A DNA stretch of 64,000 nucleotides, from the NCBI GenBank assembly GCA_963674965.2, contig CAXXFL010000005.1:224001-288000 (forward strand). Reading direction: 5' to 3'. The translations under genes were made by a program, and so were the position numbers. Shown here piece by piece: positions 28,600 to 37,619 of the stretch. A model generated the notes under the pieces. That model was not told where the DNA came from. It saw only the letters and a program-made list of their open reading frames with translations, and searched no databases. Source of the DNA: a bacterium (GTDB lineage: Bacteria > RBG-13-61-14 > DATKZS01). The first letter of the stretch is position 1; each line of letters starts with the position of its first letter.

Positions 28600-30180
28600 T
28601 TAACCGGGACATTCCTTCTTCGAGTCCCTTGCCATCTTCCGTATCATTTTAGCCGTTCTGGCCAGAGCGGCAAGTCTTTTCACCGGATTTCTCGAATACA
28701 CGGCCACAAGCGCGTCCCTGGCCACCCGGTCGCCCTCCTCGGGAAGAGGATACCAGTAGGGGTCCTTTTTCAGGGCCCAGGAAAACTCGGTTATGGACTT
28801 TACGTCCGTAAAGGCCCGGATACCCACCTCCGAGTGATACCTGCCCACGCCCGATTTCTTCATGCCCCCGAAGGGAAGGGTCGGCATGACGTAGGTGACG
28901 AGCACGTCGTTGATATTGACCGAGCCGGTCTTGAGGCGGGCCGCTATTCTTCTTCCCTCCTCCATGTCGCGGGTAAACACGGCGCCCGAGAGGCCGTACT
29001 CGGTCGAGTTGGCCATCTCGACGGCCTCGTCGATCGAGTCGTAGGGCACGATGGGCAGGAGGGGTCCGAAGGTCTCTTCCTTTCTGACCAGCATGTCGGC
29101 GGTGGTGTCGGCCAGGATGGTGGGGGGAAAGAACATGCCCTTGCCCTCCGGCGCTCGGCCGCCGGTAAGCGCCCTGGCGCCCTTGTCCAGCGCGTCCTGC
29201 AATTGCCGCTCGACTATCTCGAGTTGGGACCGCATGGTCATGGACCCGACCTGGCCCGGCTTTTTGCCCGTCTCGAGGCAATTGGTCAGGGCGACGACCT
29301 TTTTCAGGAACGGCTCGTAAACTCGTCGGTCCACCAGCGCGATCTCGGTGCCGATGCAGGTCTGGCCGCAGTTGGTAAAGCCGCCGAAGACCACGCCGTG
29401 GGCGGCCCGGTCCAGGTCGGCGTTGCTCGTGACCACGGCCACGTCCTTGCCCCCCAGTTCCATCACCGCCGGGATAAGGCGCTCGGCGGCCTTGAGGTTG
29501 ACCATGCGCCCTATCTCGGTCGAGCCGGTGAAGAACAGCATGTCCAGACCCTCGTTCTCGATCAGGGCCTGGCCCGTGACCGAGCCCTTGCCGGTCACCA
29601 CCTCGACCACTCCCTGGGGAAGCCCCGCCCGCTCCATGATCTCCTGGAAGATAAGCCCGCTCTCCGTCGTCTGCTCCGACGGCTTGAGCACGACCGCGTT
29701 GCCCGCGGCGACGGCGGCGATGGACGGCCCCGCGCTCAAGGTAAAGGGATAGTTCCACGGTGATATGACGCCAACCACGCCCTTGGGCTCGAAGACGTAA
29801 TAGCCCTTCCTGCCCGGAAGAAGAAAGTTGCCCTTGACCCGTACCGGCGACAAATGGCCCTTCGCCGTCCTGGCGTAATAGCGAAGCATCTCGCAAACGC
29901 TGGCCACGTCGGCCAGGAGGGCGTCCATTTCCGTCTTGCCATTCTCGAGGGCGATCTTTCTCGCGTACAAGCCCGAGTCCTCGGCCAGGACCGAGGCGGC
30001 CCGGCGGAGAACGCGGGAGCGCTCCTTGAAGCTCGAGCGACGCCAAATCTCGAACTTTGCCCGCGCCCGTTTTACGGCCGCGTCAACGTCCGAGGCGTCC
30101 ATCAGCTTGTAAGTGGCCAGGTCCTCGCCCGTGGCCGGGTCCCTCACCGTGTATCGAGCGGGACTTTGTTTTTCGTTCAT
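28600..30180 (-). CDS. NAD(P)-dependent aldehyde dehydrogenase
   Basis: SPWNYP, KPSE, FTGS, MELGGKD, NCGQTC, EETFGP, PFGG.K.SG. Confidence 0.95.
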   Translation of the reverse strand: MNEKQSPARYTVRDPATGEDLATYKLMDASDVDAAVKRARAKFEIWRRSSFKERSRVLRRAASVLAEDSGLYARKIALENGKTEMDALLADVASVCEMLRYYARTAKGHLSPVRVKGNFLLPGRKGYYVFEPKGVVGVISPWNYPFTLSAGPSIAAVAAGNAVVLKPSEQTTESGLIFQEIMERAGLPQGVVEVVTGKGSVTGQALIENEGLDMLFFTGSTEIGRMVNLKAAERLIPAVMELGGKDVAVVTSNADLDRAAHGVVFGGFTNCGQTCIGTEIALVDRRVYEPFLKKVVALTNCLETGKKPGQVGSMTMRSQLEIVERQLQDALDKGARALTGGRAPEGKGMFFPPTILADTTADMLVRKEETFGPLLPIVPYDSIDEAVEMANSTEYGLSGAVFTRDMEEGRRIAARLKTGSVNINDVLVTYVMPTLPFGGMKKSGVGRYHSEVGIRAFTDVKSITEFSWALKKDPYWYPLPEEGDRVARDALVAVYSRNPVKRLAALARTAKMIRKMARDSKKECPG

Positions 30181-30303
30181 ATTGTTTTTCCCCCGCTTAA
30201 GAAAAAAATACCGGGCTCGTCATAACGACGAGGATTGAATTCTCCGAAGCCCTCGGCCCCCGGATAGCTATCCGGACCATACGAGGCCTCCGGTATGATT
30301 TTT

Positions 30304-30332
30304 AATATGGTCACACATCCGGTCCCTGTCAA
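30304..30332 (-). promoter_or_regulatory. Sigma70-type promoter for ALDH
   Basis: Minus strand TTGACA-N17-CATATT. Confidence 0.5.
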
Positions 30333-30370
30333 GCAAGAGGAAGCCGGGATGAGGCCGGAAAGCCCGTCGC

Positions 30371-31924
30371 TTAATCTTCCTCGATGAACTCGATAACGTC
30401 GAGGAGAAAGAAGAACTCGCTTCCTTTTCCGGGCTCGGTGTTAAAGTCGACCCGGCCCCCGTGGTACTCGATGATCTCCTTGACCAGGGCCAGGCCCAGG
30501 CCGCTTCCCTGCCTAGTTTCCCTGACGGAGGCGCCGGCTTGTCGGAACTTGTCAAAGAGGCCGGCCTGAAAGTCGATGGGTATGCCCGAGCCGGTGTCTT
30601 TGACCGATACCCTGACCTTTTCGGCGCCGCCCTGGCCGGGCAGTTTTTCCACCGCGACGGTGATCTCGCCGCCGGGCCCGGTGAACTTGATGGCGTTGGA
30701 CAGGAGGTTGGTCACCACTTGCTTAAGCCTGTCGTTATGTCCCATAACGAAGATTTTTCCCGCGGGCGCGACGAGGTGGAATGACAGGTCCCGGTCCCCG
30801 GTCACGCTGAGGAACACCTCGAGGGAGGCCTTGACGGTTTCGACTATATCGATCTCGATGAAGTCGAGTTCCATTTTTTTCGCCTCGAAGCGCTGGAGGT
30901 CGAGGAGGTCGCTTATCAGCCTGTTAAGTCTTCCGCACTCGTCGGTGATGACGGTCAGGTATCTCTTCTGTTTTTCCTTTTCCAGGTCGTCGATCCTCTC
31001 GAGCAGGAGATGGGCGTATCCGGTTATTCCGGTCATGGGCGTGCGCAGGTCGTGAGAGACCATGTGGAGCAGGTTGTCCTTCATGGCGTCCATCCTTTGC
31101 AGTTCCTTATAGGACCTCTCGAGCTCGACCTGGGCCTTGATCTTGCCCACCATCCGGTTGAAGCCCGCGGCCAGCTCGCCCAGCTCGTCTTTTCCCCAGA
31201 CCTCGACCGCGTGGTACAGATCGCCCTCCCCGACCTTTTGCATGCCCTCGGCGAGCTTTTTCACGCGCCGATGCACGAACGCCCAGAGGAAGAGGCCCGA
31301 GAGAATCTCGATGGTTACAACGGCCAGGGCCGCGAGGACAAAAAGCGTCCCGGCGCTCCGATCCATGATCGCGTCCACGTCCGCCAGGGATATCCGGGTC
31401 TCGATCATGCCCAGGACCTTTTTTCGCGAGGGGTCCGGATGACAACCGGCCGCGGAGCATGCCCTCTCGTTCATGACGGGATCGATCCTGGTCAGGGTCC
31501 TTCCGCCGCCCGGCCGGGACTCGATATAAAAGGAGTTTTGGGCGGAAGGCTTCTGGAGGGGCGGCTCGACCAAGTGGCAGGCGAGACATCCGGCGGAGGT
31601 TTTCTCGACCCTTGTCCCGATCTCCTTTTCGTCGGCGCTGAAGGATATCCCTTGCTTGCCATAGACGCGGATCGATTCCAGCCGAGGCGCCCCGAGGAAG
31701 GACGCTATCATGCCTTGCGTGGCGGCCCGGTCGTTCTCGATCATGTTCTCGCGGGTCTGGGCGATCAGTATATTATTGACGTTGCCGGTGGTCTCGAAAA
31801 TCTGGTACTCGAGGTGTCTTTTATTTTCGCGCAGAATGAGGACGCTCATGGGCAGGAAGATAAGCCCCCCTATCATGAGCAGAAAAAAGAACAGCCGAAA
31901 AGCCAGCGACCTGTAAATCCTCAA
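30371..31924 (-). CDS. Sensor histidine kinase with periplasmic c-type heme motifs, HAMP, HisKA and HATPase
   Basis: CLACH and CSAAGCH between two TMs; KDELGELA..FN; SHDLRTP; NAIKFT; GSGLGL. Confidence 0.92.
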   Translation of the reverse strand: MRIYRSLAFRLFFFLLMIGGLIFLPMSVLILRENKRHLEYQIFETTGNVNNILIAQTRENMIENDRAATQGMIASFLGAPRLESIRVYGKQGISFSADEKEIGTRVEKTSAGCLACHLVEPPLQKPSAQNSFYIESRPGGGRTLTRIDPVMNERACSAAGCHPDPSRKKVLGMIETRISLADVDAIMDRSAGTLFVLAALAVVTIEILSGLFLWAFVHRRVKKLAEGMQKVGEGDLYHAVEVWGKDELGELAAGFNRMVGKIKAQVELERSYKELQRMDAMKDNLLHMVSHDLRTPMTGITGYAHLLLERIDDLEKEKQKRYLTVITDECGRLNRLISDLLDLQRFEAKKMELDFIEIDIVETVKASLEVFLSVTGDRDLSFHLVAPAGKIFVMGHNDRLKQVVTNLLSNAIKFTGPGGEITVAVEKLPGQGGAEKVRVSVKDTGSGIPIDFQAGLFDKFRQAGASVRETRQGSGLGLALVKEIIEYHGGRVDFNTEPGKGSEFFFLLDVIEFIEED

Positions 31925-32058
31925 TACTCCCGTCTTCCCCCACCGAGCCGGGACCGGCTCTTATGGATTATAGTATAGTCAGATACAAGTGAATATGTAA
32001 AGCGGAAAGAACTGCGCGGAGCCGGCGCGCTCCCAATCGGATTCCCGGCCCGGGCCCC

Positions 32059-33102
32059 TCACCTGATCTTTTTGAAGAACCTTTCCCAGCGAGGAAGATA
32101 ATGCCTATCCGGATCGAGGGGCAGGTGAATGTAATTGGCCGTGCCCTTGAGGTGACTCAGGGGCACGAAGCCCCACGAGCGGCTGTCATAAGAGCAGTCG
32201 CGGTTGTCGCCCATCATGAGGAGCATGCCCTCGGGGACCTCCGTCGGCCCATAATAATAATAAGGCGACGACACGTGTCTCGGGTCGCAGTGGAGAACGG
32301 AATGGACCCTTATGTCCCCGTCGCTTTCAAGGTCCTCCTCATAAAGCTTGTACTTGGAACAGCACCCGCCGTGCTCGCCCAACGGGCCGTCGTAATCCCC
32401 GACCATCACGTCCCTTTGCATCTTGTCGTTCACGTAGAGTCTTCCGTCGGCTATTTTGATCTTGTCACCGGGCAGGCCGATCACGCGCTTGATATAGGCA
32501 TCCTTCGAGTCGCCCGGCCGCCTGGGGTCGCGGGGAAAGAGGAAAACCACCACCTCGCCCCGCTTGGGAAGTCGTCTTATCCAGAGCTTCTTGGCCAGGA
32601 TGACCAGCTTGTGCCCGCCTATGTTGAACTCATACCGGGGCGAGCCCTCCTTATGCATTTTCGCGATCCCCTCGTCGGAAAAATCGGGGTCCAGCCTGGG
32701 TACCCATATCGAGGGCCCGAAGACCATCTTGTTGACCAAAAGCTGATCGCCAATAAGGAGGGTCGGGATCATGGACCCCGAGGGTATGCGGAAGGGCTCG
32801 AACACCAGCCACCGGATGGTAAGGGCGATGGTCAGCGCGATAACCAGGGCCTTGAAGGTTTCCCACGCGGCGTTGGGACGGTAGGGAAGAAGGAACTCGT
32901 CCACGTGGGAGGAGTATCGGTCGAGGATTTTCTCGAGGTCCTCATCCGAGCCGGATTTATAGGCCCGCCTCAACTCGTCCCCCAGCTTCTCGGCCTTGTC
33001 CACCGCGTCCTGGTCCGCGCCCTTCTTTCTCGACCGCTTGAGAACAAGACGCATGTCCTCGAGTTCCCTTTTTGCCCGCTTCTTAACCGCGCGATCGCTC
33101 AT
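32059..33102 (-). CDS. lepB: Signal peptidase I
   Basis: EPFRIPSGSMIPTL..GD, YIKRVIGLPGD, MGDNRD.S.DSRSWG. Confidence 0.95.
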   Translation of the reverse strand: MSDRAVKKRAKRELEDMRLVLKRSRKKGADQDAVDKAEKLGDELRRAYKSGSDEDLEKILDRYSSHVDEFLLPYRPNAAWETFKALVIALTIALTIRWLVFEPFRIPSGSMIPTLLIGDQLLVNKMVFGPSIWVPRLDPDFSDEGIAKMHKEGSPRYEFNIGGHKLVILAKKLWIRRLPKRGEVVVFLFPRDPRRPGDSKDAYIKRVIGLPGDKIKIADGRLYVNDKMQRDVMVGDYDGPLGEHGGCCSKYKLYEEDLESDGDIRVHSVLHCDPRHVSSPYYYYGPTEVPEGMLLMMGDNRDCSYDSRSWGFVPLSHLKGTANYIHLPLDPDRHYLPRWERFFKKIR

Positions 33103-33187
33103 AAATAATTCAGCCTCCGTTAAGTCACTTTAACGCGTTCCGCGTCGGTCCCATTATACGGCCAAAACCGCGCCTGAATAAATCGGC

Positions 33188-34174
33188 TCACGATCGGGAC
33201 TTGAACCCGGGGTTGACGCACCAGGGCGGGACCTCTCCGCGCATTCCCGCCAGGAGGTTTTGCGCGGCCATCTGGGACATGGTGTCCCTCGTCTCGATAC
33301 TGGCGCTTCCCAGGTGAGGAAGGAGGACCACGTTGTCCAGGTCCACAAGTCCCGGCGTCAACTCGGGCTCGAGCTCGTACACGTCGAACCCGGCGCCGGC
33401 TATTCTTTTTTCCCTCAAGGCCCTGACCAGGGCGGCCTCATCCACCACCGGTCCCCTCGCCGCGTTGATCAGGTAGGCGGCCGGCTTCATGAGCGCCAGT
33501 TGTTCCTCTCCTATCATGTGCCTCGACTCGTGGTTGAGAGGGCAATGGAGGGTCAGGTAGTCGGAGTTTTTAATAAGGTCCTCGAGGCCGGAGTAAGCCG
33601 CGGGGATGGCCGACTCTTCCTCCGGCGCCAGGCGCCTTCGGTTGTGGTAGATCACCTTCATGCCAAAGCCGATGGCCCTTCTTGCCACGGCCCGTCCGAT
33701 CCTGCCCATGCCGATTACGCCAATGGTCTTGTCTTTGAAGTCGCCGCCCACCAAAAGGGTCGGGCTCCAGCCCCGGAACTTTCCCGCCCGGGTCATGGCG
33801 TCGCCGGGAACGATCCCCCTCGCGACCGCGAGGATAAGGGCCCAGGTGAGGTCGGCCGTGGCCTCGGTGAGCACGCCCGGCGTGTGACCCACCGCCACGC
33901 CCCGGCGAGTGGCCTCGGCCACGTCGATGTTGTCATAACCGACGGCCATGGTCGAGATGCACTTGAGACCGGGTCCGGCCGCGTCCATTACCTCCTTGTC
34001 CATGGGGTCGGTCAGAAGGCAGGCTATGCCGTCCACTCCCTCGGCCATCTCGAGAAGAGTTTGCCTCGGGATGGGAAGGTCCTCCGCCCAAAGGACCAAA
34101 TCGCATTCGTCCGCCAGCATGGCCATGCCCTTGTCAGGCGGCCTTCTGGTTACCAGCGCCTTCCACTTCTTCAC
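33188..34174 (-). CDS. D-2-hydroxyacid dehydrogenase (glyoxylate/hydroxypyruvate reductase-like)
   Basis: AVGYDNID, GMGRIG, NAARGPVVDE, DVYE.EP, PHLGSA. Confidence 0.93.
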   Translation of the reverse strand: MKKWKALVTRRPPDKGMAMLADECDLVLWAEDLPIPRQTLLEMAEGVDGIACLLTDPMDKEVMDAAGPGLKCISTMAVGYDNIDVAEATRRGVAVGHTPGVLTEATADLTWALILAVARGIVPGDAMTRAGKFRGWSPTLLVGGDFKDKTIGVIGMGRIGRAVARRAIGFGMKVIYHNRRRLAPEEESAIPAAYSGLEDLIKNSDYLTLHCPLNHESRHMIGEEQLALMKPAAYLINAARGPVVDEAALVRALREKRIAGAGFDVYELEPELTPGLVDLDNVVLLPHLGSASIETRDTMSQMAAQNLLAGMRGEVPPWCVNPGFKSRS

Positions 34175-34204
34175 TTGATGCTCCAGCCTTGATATGGCGG
34201 CGGT

Positions 34205-35287
34205 TCAATATTTCCCGAATTCCCTGGCGGCCTTGACCATGGCCACGTAGTTTTCCGGCTTCACTCCCGGGTGGATGGAGTTGGAGGAGCTTAAAATATA
34301 GCCGCCTCCGGGCGCGGCGGCCTTGATGGTTTCCTCCACGCTCTTTGTCACCTCCTCGGGCCCCTCGAAAACCAGAAGGTAGCTGCAATCGATATTGCCC
34401 AGGATGCATAGCCGGTCGCCGTACTTCTTTTTAATCTCTCCTATGTCCATGCACTGGGGCTGGATGGGATGGACGCCGTCGAACCCGGCCTCCATCAGGC
34501 TGGGGAAAAGGGGCTCGAGGTCGCCGTCGCTGTGCTTTACGATTTTGCTTCCCTTCGAGTGGACCAGGTCCACGATCTCCTTGTGGTATGGCCCGATGAA
34601 CTCGTCGTAATGGGCCGGGCTCATGATGGGTCCCCTGTTGTAGGCCAGGTCGCCGTCCATGAGTATCCAGTCCGTGCCCTTGTCGAAGGCTATCTCCACC
34701 ACCTCGAGGCAGTAGTCGGTGACGATCCGGGCCAGGGAGTGGGCCAGGTCCGGGTCCAGGATGTAGTCCATTAGCAGTTTCTCCATGGCGCCTCGAAGGG
34801 ACCAGGAAATCTTGAAGGTGGCCTGCATGTCGAAGGTTATGGCCTTGTCCGGAAAGGACGAGCGCAAAACGTCAAGCATGACGAAGTCCTCGTTCTGGGG
34901 CTTCCTCATCTTGAAGTTCTTAAGGTCCGACTTGTCGCGGATGGGACCGTCAACGGGCATGGGCTCGCCCACCTCGCTCAAATGATAAACCACGCCCATG
35001 CCGTCCTTCATGTGGTCCTTGTCCACCCTCTCCCTGCCCACGAGACCCATGGCGGTCACGCCGTCGAGATCGAGCTCGCGGGCGAAGGTCACCAGGCCGG
35101 CCAGGATCATGAACCTCTCCTGGTCCGTCATGTCCATTACCAGCTTGACCTCGGGCAGCTTGCCGGGCTCCATGAAGCGGCTGGCCAGCCCGATGATGGA
35201 GGCCTCGTTAAAGGCCAACTCCCAAATGGGAACCATGTCGGGTACGCCCCGGTCGAGAGCGGTCATGATCCTTTCCTTGTTATTCAT
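34205..35287 (-). CDS. Uroporphyrinogen decarboxylase superfamily protein (MtaA/CmuA-like)
   Basis: MNNKER...AL..G.PD.VP, LRGAME, DGDLA, HSDG, GNID, GGGYILSSSNSI. Confidence 0.88.
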   Translation of the reverse strand: MNNKERIMTALDRGVPDMVPIWELAFNEASIIGLASRFMEPGKLPEVKLVMDMTDQERFMILAGLVTFARELDLDGVTAMGLVGRERVDKDHMKDGMGVVYHLSEVGEPMPVDGPIRDKSDLKNFKMRKPQNEDFVMLDVLRSSFPDKAITFDMQATFKISWSLRGAMEKLLMDYILDPDLAHSLARIVTDYCLEVVEIAFDKGTDWILMDGDLAYNRGPIMSPAHYDEFIGPYHKEIVDLVHSKGSKIVKHSDGDLEPLFPSLMEAGFDGVHPIQPQCMDIGEIKKKYGDRLCILGNIDCSYLLVFEGPEEVTKSVEETIKAAAPGGGYILSSSNSIHPGVKPENYVAMVKAAREFGKY

Positions 35288-35394
35288 CGCTTGTCTCCTC
35301 CTTAAGACCGCGGGGTTGCCCCTCCGCGGTCTCCGAATACACGGCGCCAGGTTAACGGGGACGTTCCCCTACCCTCATCCAGCGGCTCAAACCG

Positions 35395-35421
35395 CGCGGA
35401 CAGGCGAGCTATCCGCGCCAC
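35395..35421 (-). repeat. Solitary REP copy of the 3721-3761 type
   Basis: cgcggacaggcgagctatccgcgccac differs from 3733-3759 by one base. Confidence 0.8.
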
Positions 35422-35473
35422 CTATATTTTCTTTTCTTTTATTTTATGAAGACTTAATTGTCAAACGCGAAAT

Positions 35474-35505
35474 AAAAAAGGCCCGGCTTGCTTTAGCCGG
35501 GCCTT
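35474..35505 (-). terminator. Intrinsic terminator of the DUF2846 gene
   Basis: 11-bp stem aaggcccggct/agccgggcctt with an A-tract on the + strand. Confidence 0.75.
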
Positions 35506-35531
35506 GGATCGATTAAAATCGCGAGAACGCT

Positions 35532-36020
35532 TTAGATGTCCACCTTAACTCTTTTACACTTGGCAACGGCCTGCTTGGTTTCTTCCTCGCTGATCCGCAC
35601 CAGCTTGGTTTTGGTCTTGGTGTCCTCCTCCTTGGCCTCCTGCTTTAAATAGTACGTCTTGTCGGCCTCGGCCTTGACGGTGATGCTGGACTTGTTGACC
35701 GATTCCGAAACCACGGTGTGGCTGCCGGGATCAACCTGCTTGACCAGGTATTTGCCGCCTACCAGGGTCCCTACTTCCTCGCCGTCAATAAGGACCTTGA
35801 AGGGAACTTCCCCGCTTTTCATATCCGGCCGGACCACGTAAATCAGGGCCTTGCCCGGGTCGGGCTCGTCCAGCTTCACGCCCTTGGCCACGATCTGGTT
35901 GGCGCCTTCCGGCGGCTCCTTGGGCTGCTCCACGTCGGGCTTGGTGCTGGTGGCGGGGCATCCGCCCGCTAAAAGTGCAACGGCGGCCAGGGCCAGGATT
36001 AACGATCTATAAACTCTCAT
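35532..36020 (-). CDS. DUF2846-like lipoprotein
   Basis: LAGGC lipobox; GKALIYVVRP, G.Y...V.PG.H, EADKTYYL. Confidence 0.8.
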   Translation of the reverse strand: MRVYRSLILALAAVALLAGGCPATSTKPDVEQPKEPPEGANQIVAKGVKLDEPDPGKALIYVVRPDMKSGEVPFKVLIDGEEVGTLVGGKYLVKQVDPGSHTVVSESVNKSSITVKAEADKTYYLKQEAKEEDTKTKTKLVRISEEETKQAVAKCKRVKVDI

Positions 36021-36330
36021 TCATTTCCTCCTTGTGCGTTTCCTCGAAAAATGGGCCGCAACCGGCCTCCCAAACGGACTTCATTATATAATCAGGCGGC
36101 CTTTTTCGCAAAAGAGCGCTCCTGGGGCGAGGGGCGTCTTTGAACGATATGGCCGGGAATCCGGGACCCGGGGCTTGCCATCATGGCCATATGGTCTATA
36201 ATAATGACTCCAGCGCGTTTGATTGTCACGGACAATTCGGCGAGTTTTATCTTCGACCCGGTGAGTCGGAGGCGCGCTATCCATCAGCGGGGAAAAGATT
36301 CGATAGAGTTGAAATAATCTAGGAGGAGAC

Positions 36331-37158
36331 ATGAAAAGGTTTGAAAACGTTTGGTTTATAGCGGCGGCGTTTTGTTTCGCCCTGGTATTGGCGCTTGGTA
36401 CGGGCTGCGGCAAGGACAAGCCCAAAGATAGCGGCGGTTCCGCCGGCGGCCCGGCGGCCCACGCCCCGGCTGGTGGATCGCCTTCGGCTCCCGCCGGCGC
36501 TCCCGACGCGGGTCAGGCGGGCAAGTCCTCGGGCGGCGACATGACCGCTTACCACTACGTGATGGAGGGCAGCCATCCGGTGGAGGGTAAAAACCGTATC
36601 GACATGAAGGTGGCGGACGGCGGCAAGAAGACGAACGTGCAGATGAGCCACATGGAGAACGGCCAGTGGGTAGTGGACATGTACATGATATCCGACGGCC
36701 AGTTTTCCTATCTTATGGACCCGAAAGCCAAAACCGCCATCAAGGCGCCCATTAACGAGGAAGCCATGGAAAACATGCCCGAGGGCATGATGGAGGCCCC
36801 GACCTGGGACTCCTTCCTCGAGCAGACCCCCGGCGTTAACGCCTCGGAAAAGGGTTCCGAAACCATCAACGGCGTCAAGACCAAGGTTTACGAAATCTCC
36901 ATGGAGGGCAACGTGGCCAAGTACTACGTGGATTCGGACAATATCATCCGCCGCATCTCGGGCAAGGAAGAGGGCGTCGAGGGAGAGATGGTAATGGACG
37001 TGGTTACCTTTGACAAGTCTCCCAAATTCTCGGAAGCCGATTTCACTCCCCCCGCGGGTTACCAGATCATGGACATGTCCAAAATGATGGAAGGCATGGG
37101 CATGCCCGAGGGCATGGAACTCCCCGAGGGCGTGGAAATGCCCGACATGCCTCAATAA
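36331..37158 (+). CDS. Met-rich lipoprotein, LolA/DUF4412-like fold
   Basis: SD AGGAGG; GTGC lipobox; Pro/Ala/Gly linker; G.ETINGV.T.VY and F.PP.GY motifs. Confidence 0.8.
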   Translation: MKRFENVWFIAAAFCFALVLALGTGCGKDKPKDSGGSAGGPAAHAPAGGSPSAPAGAPDAGQAGKSSGGDMTAYHYVMEGSHPVEGKNRIDMKVADGGKKTNVQMSHMENGQWVVDMYMISDGQFSYLMDPKAKTAIKAPINEEAMENMPEGMMEAPTWDSFLEQTPGVNASEKGSETINGVKTKVYEISMEGNVAKYYVDSDNIIRRISGKEEGVEGEMVMDVVTFDKSPKFSEADFTPPAGYQIMDMSKMMEGMGMPEGMELPEGVEMPDMPQ

Positions 37159-37178
37159 AAATAAAGTCTTCAATTCGG

Positions 37179-37209
37179 CGGCCCTTGCCATTGGCGGGGG
37201 CCGTTTTTT
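37179..37209 (+). terminator. Intrinsic terminator
   Basis: cggcccttgcc...ggcgggggccg followed by TTTTTT. Confidence 0.75.
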
Positions 37210-37342
37210 CGTATTCATCGTTTTCAGTTGAATCCCGGCGCGGGTGGGCGGCATCATAAGTTACGGGCATGGTTGGCTTCGTTCTTTAACTGGTTGTAAA
37301 CAATTTAAATTAGCGGTCGTACGGAAAAAAGTAGAAAAGGGC

Positions 37343-37491
37343 TTGCATTCCCATGCAAAATGTGTGTATATTTGGGTTTCGCGGGTTTATCCCGCTTTAA
37401 ATGCAGTGCCAAATCAAGTCAACTTTTTTTAGACCGGGCCTTATTATTTTAAAGAAAATACTTGCAAACCAAACATAACTTGGTGTATAAT
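37343..37491 (+). promoter_or_regulatory. Two tandem sigma70-like promoters for the M23 peptidase gene
   Basis: TTGCAT-N18-TATATT (37343-37372) and TTGCAA-N18-TATAAT (37462-37491). Confidence 0.55.
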
Positions 37492-37619
37492 TAGTTAAAA
37501 TTAATTTTCAGGCCTGGTGAGAACTTACGCGGAAGTGGAAGCGAATTGGGGGCGCGGTGCTCGGCGATGAACGCGATATCATGTTGACTGGTTGGTTACG
37601 CTAGGAAAGGGGCTACAAC

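Noticed and set aside
32059-33102. Extra cysteines and N-terminal helical extension in LepB as a novel feature
   Set aside because: Catalytic motifs are normal and such insertions are variable in signal peptidases; no further support
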